Assembly (NCBI GenBank): GCA_037133255.1
Contig: JBAXON010000003.1
Location: 1 to 37,735 of the forward strand
Length of the DNA stretch: 37,735 bases
Direction of reading: 5' to 3'
Source of the DNA: Deltaproteobacteria bacterium
Lineage (GTDB): Bacteria; Desulfobacterota; Syntrophia; Syntrophales; Smithellaceae
In this document: one piece after another, positions 35,797-37,735 of the stretch
How positions within the stretch are numbered: the stretch's first letter is position 1
Layout: every line of letters starts with the position of its first letter
The notes under the pieces: generated by a model
What the model was told of the DNA's origin: nothing
Seen by the model: the letters and a program-made list of their open reading frames with translations, nothing else
Database searches by the model: none
Made by a program: the position numbers and the translations under genes

Positions 35797-37735
35797 ATGA
35801 AAAACCTCAAAAAGTCGACAATTTCTGATTTGACTCTTGGAATTTCACTTACATTGATCACACTATTTTTCTTTTTGCTTGTGTGGGGCCCATTGGAATC
35901 ACTTGAGCAAAGTTTTTATGACTTGCGTGTCAGTATGAGCGTAAAACCGGCTACTGCCCCCATAGCCGTTGTAGTCATTGATGACGCAAGCATAACCAAA
36001 CTAGGGCGCTGGCCATGGCCGCGCGCTTATATCGGGAACATGGTCAATCTGCTCAACGCTTCCGGCGCTAAAGTAATCGGTCTGGATATCATTTACTCTG
36101 AAAAAGATTTAAGTCAGGGCCTGGAGGAAATACGTAATGTAATCCACTCCATTGAGTCCTCTTACCAGTTTGCCTCCGGTGGTCTTATAAAAGAGATCAA
36201 AGAAGCGGAAAAGAGACTCGATAATGACAGCATGCTGGCAAACTCCATTGTGACTAGTAAAAAAGTTGTCTTGCCTCTTTATTTTGTTTTAGGTAAATCT
36301 ACCGGTCGTGTAGCTTTGGGCTTACCGGATTATATCCAAAATAGTTCGCTAGGATCGCCAATGCTTGAAGAAAGTCTGACCGCGCGCGAGATGGTGCCGC
36401 CGATTGCCGAATTTGCCACCGGTTCTCTGGCTCTCGGACATATCAATATCCTTGCCGATACCGATGGCACGGTGCGCAGTGAGCCGTTGTTTATTAATTA
36501 TGAAGAAAGGGCATTTCCTTCCTTTTCCTTACAACTTGCCTTAAAATATATGAATTTGGACTTGAAAGATATACAGGTTGGCAACCCATTAAAATTTGGC
36601 TCCAAATCCATTCCTCTTTATGAAAACAACAGAATGCTCATCAGTTATGTCAGCGATATTTCTTATTATTCGTTTTTTGATGTTTATTATAAAAAAATCC
36701 CACCCGCTGCTTTTAATGATAAGATTGTCATTATTGCCCAAAGCGCCTCTGGTTTGGGGACAATGCAAGTAACGTCTGTTTCATCAGGCGCCGGCGTTGG
36801 GCCGGGAACGATCATTGCAAACGCGGTTGGTAACATCATTACCGGTGATCATATTGTCCGTCCGTACTGGGCGTCAATTCTGGAAGTAATTATTATTATT
36901 CTCTTTGGTCTTTACGTAGCGCTCGTCATTCCCAACATTAAAGCCGGACGCAGCGCGATTGTTTCACTTGCACTTTTGCTGGTCTGGTTGATAACTTCAA
37001 TTTTCCTTTTTGCCGCTTTCGGTTGGTGGATTAAAGCCATGTATGCCGCCGTTCTGTTGATTGTGGGTTACATACTTGTCGTCTCCAAGAGATATTTGTT
37101 TGTAGAAAGAACTAAAGACCGCATCGAGGCGGACAGTATCGAGACTAACAAAATGCTGGGTTTATCTTTTCAAGGGCAGGGCCTGCTGGATATGGCTTTT
37201 GAAAAATTTCGCAAATGCCCGGTGGAAGACGAAGCCATCAAAGAATTACTCTACAATCTGGCTTTGGATTTTGAAAGAAAGCGCATGTTCAACAAGGCTG
37301 TCGCCGTTTATCAACATATTGCCACTGTCGGCAGCTTTAAAGATATTGTAGAGCGCAGCAAGAAGCTTACGGCTGCCGGAGATACGATAATTTTCGGTCC
37401 TTCCGGCTCCAAAAAGGACGTAACTGTTATTATGGATAACGCCGCAGTGAAACCTACTCTCGGGCGCTATGAAATCATAAAAGAATTAGGCAGCGGTGCC
37501 ATGGGTAAAGTTTATCTGGGTAAAGACCCGCGCATTAACCGGGAAGTGGCCATTAAGACTATCCGTTATGAAGAAATAGATGCCGAACTGCTAGGCGAAG
37601 TAAAAAACAGATTTTTTCGTGAAGCGGAAGCCGCCGGCAAACTATCACATCCCAACATAGTAACAATTTATGATGTAGGCGAGGATTATGAAATTGCCTA
37701 TATGGCGATGGAGTTATTAGATGGCCATGACTTAA
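35797..37735 (+). CDS. CHASE2 sensor, TM helices and Hanks-type Ser/Thr protein kinase (truncated by the window end)
   Basis: Absent from the ORF track because it has no stop in the window. Manual translation gives IDDASI..LGRWPWPR and D.DGTVRS (CHASE2), then LGRYEIIKELGSGAMGKVY, VAIK and REAEAAGKLSHPNIVTIYD. Confidence 0.92.
   Translation, partial: MKNLKKSTISDLTLGISLTLITLFFFLLVWGPLESLEQSFYDLRVSMSVKPATAPIAVVVIDDASITKLGRWPWPRAYIGNMVNLLNASGAKVIGLDIIYSEKDLSQGLEEIRNVIHSIESSYQFASGGLIKEIKEAEKRLDNDSMLANSIVTSKKVVLPLYFVLGKSTGRVALGLPDYIQNSSLGSPMLEESLTAREMVPPIAEFATGSLALGHINILADTDGTVRSEPLFINYEERAFPSFSLQLALKYMNLDLKDIQVGNPLKFGSKSIPLYENNRMLISYVSDISYYSFFDVYYKKIPPAAFNDKIVIIAQSASGLGTMQVTSVSSGAGVGPGTIIANAVGNIITGDHIVRPYWASILEVIIIILFGLYVALVIPNIKAGRSAIVSLALLLVWLITSIFLFAAFGWWIKAMYAAVLLIVGYILVVSKRYLFVERTKDRIEADSIETNKMLGLSFQGQGLLDMAFEKFRKCPVEDEAIKELLYNLALDFERKRMFNKAVAVYQHIATVGSFKDIVERSKKLTAAGDTIIFGPSGSKKDVTVIMDNAAVKPTLGRYEIIKELGSGAMGKVYLGKDPRINREVAIKTIRYEEIDAELLGEVKNRFFREAEAAGKLSHPNIVTIYDVGEDYEIAYMAMELLDGHDL

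Overview
Bacterial chromosomal segment; gene content suggests an anaerobic, probably syntrophic deltaproteobacterium (Syntrophaceae/Smithella-like, inferred). Core metabolism: leuA-C-D-B, paaK+ACT, nth, a four-subunit 2-oxoacid:ferredoxin oxidoreductase, fdhE, acyl-CoA dehydrogenase/etfBA and 4-hydroxybutyryl-CoA dehydratase. Signalling genes: a receiver protein, an HD-GYP protein and a truncated CHASE2-Ser/Thr kinase. Three accessory modules are embedded. (1) A two-gene operon pairs a membrane-anchored TIR protein with a TrkA-N/RyR membrane protein (candidate NAD-based defence or signalling system). (2) An island carries an XRE regulator, an outer-membrane barrel, a Slam/type 11 secretion translocon and a cargo that joins a CHAP peptidase to a TbpB-like barrel, ending in an MNT-HepT toxin-antitoxin pair. 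(3) A Y1/HUH (RAYT-like) transposase and a fused type IIG restriction-methylase are bracketed by perfect palindromes. Non-coding highlights: a dispersed repeat whose stems covary almost completely between copies and which carries GNA triloops (candidate ssDNA element), and a ~124-bp MITE-like element. All calls come from reading motifs; no database searches were run.
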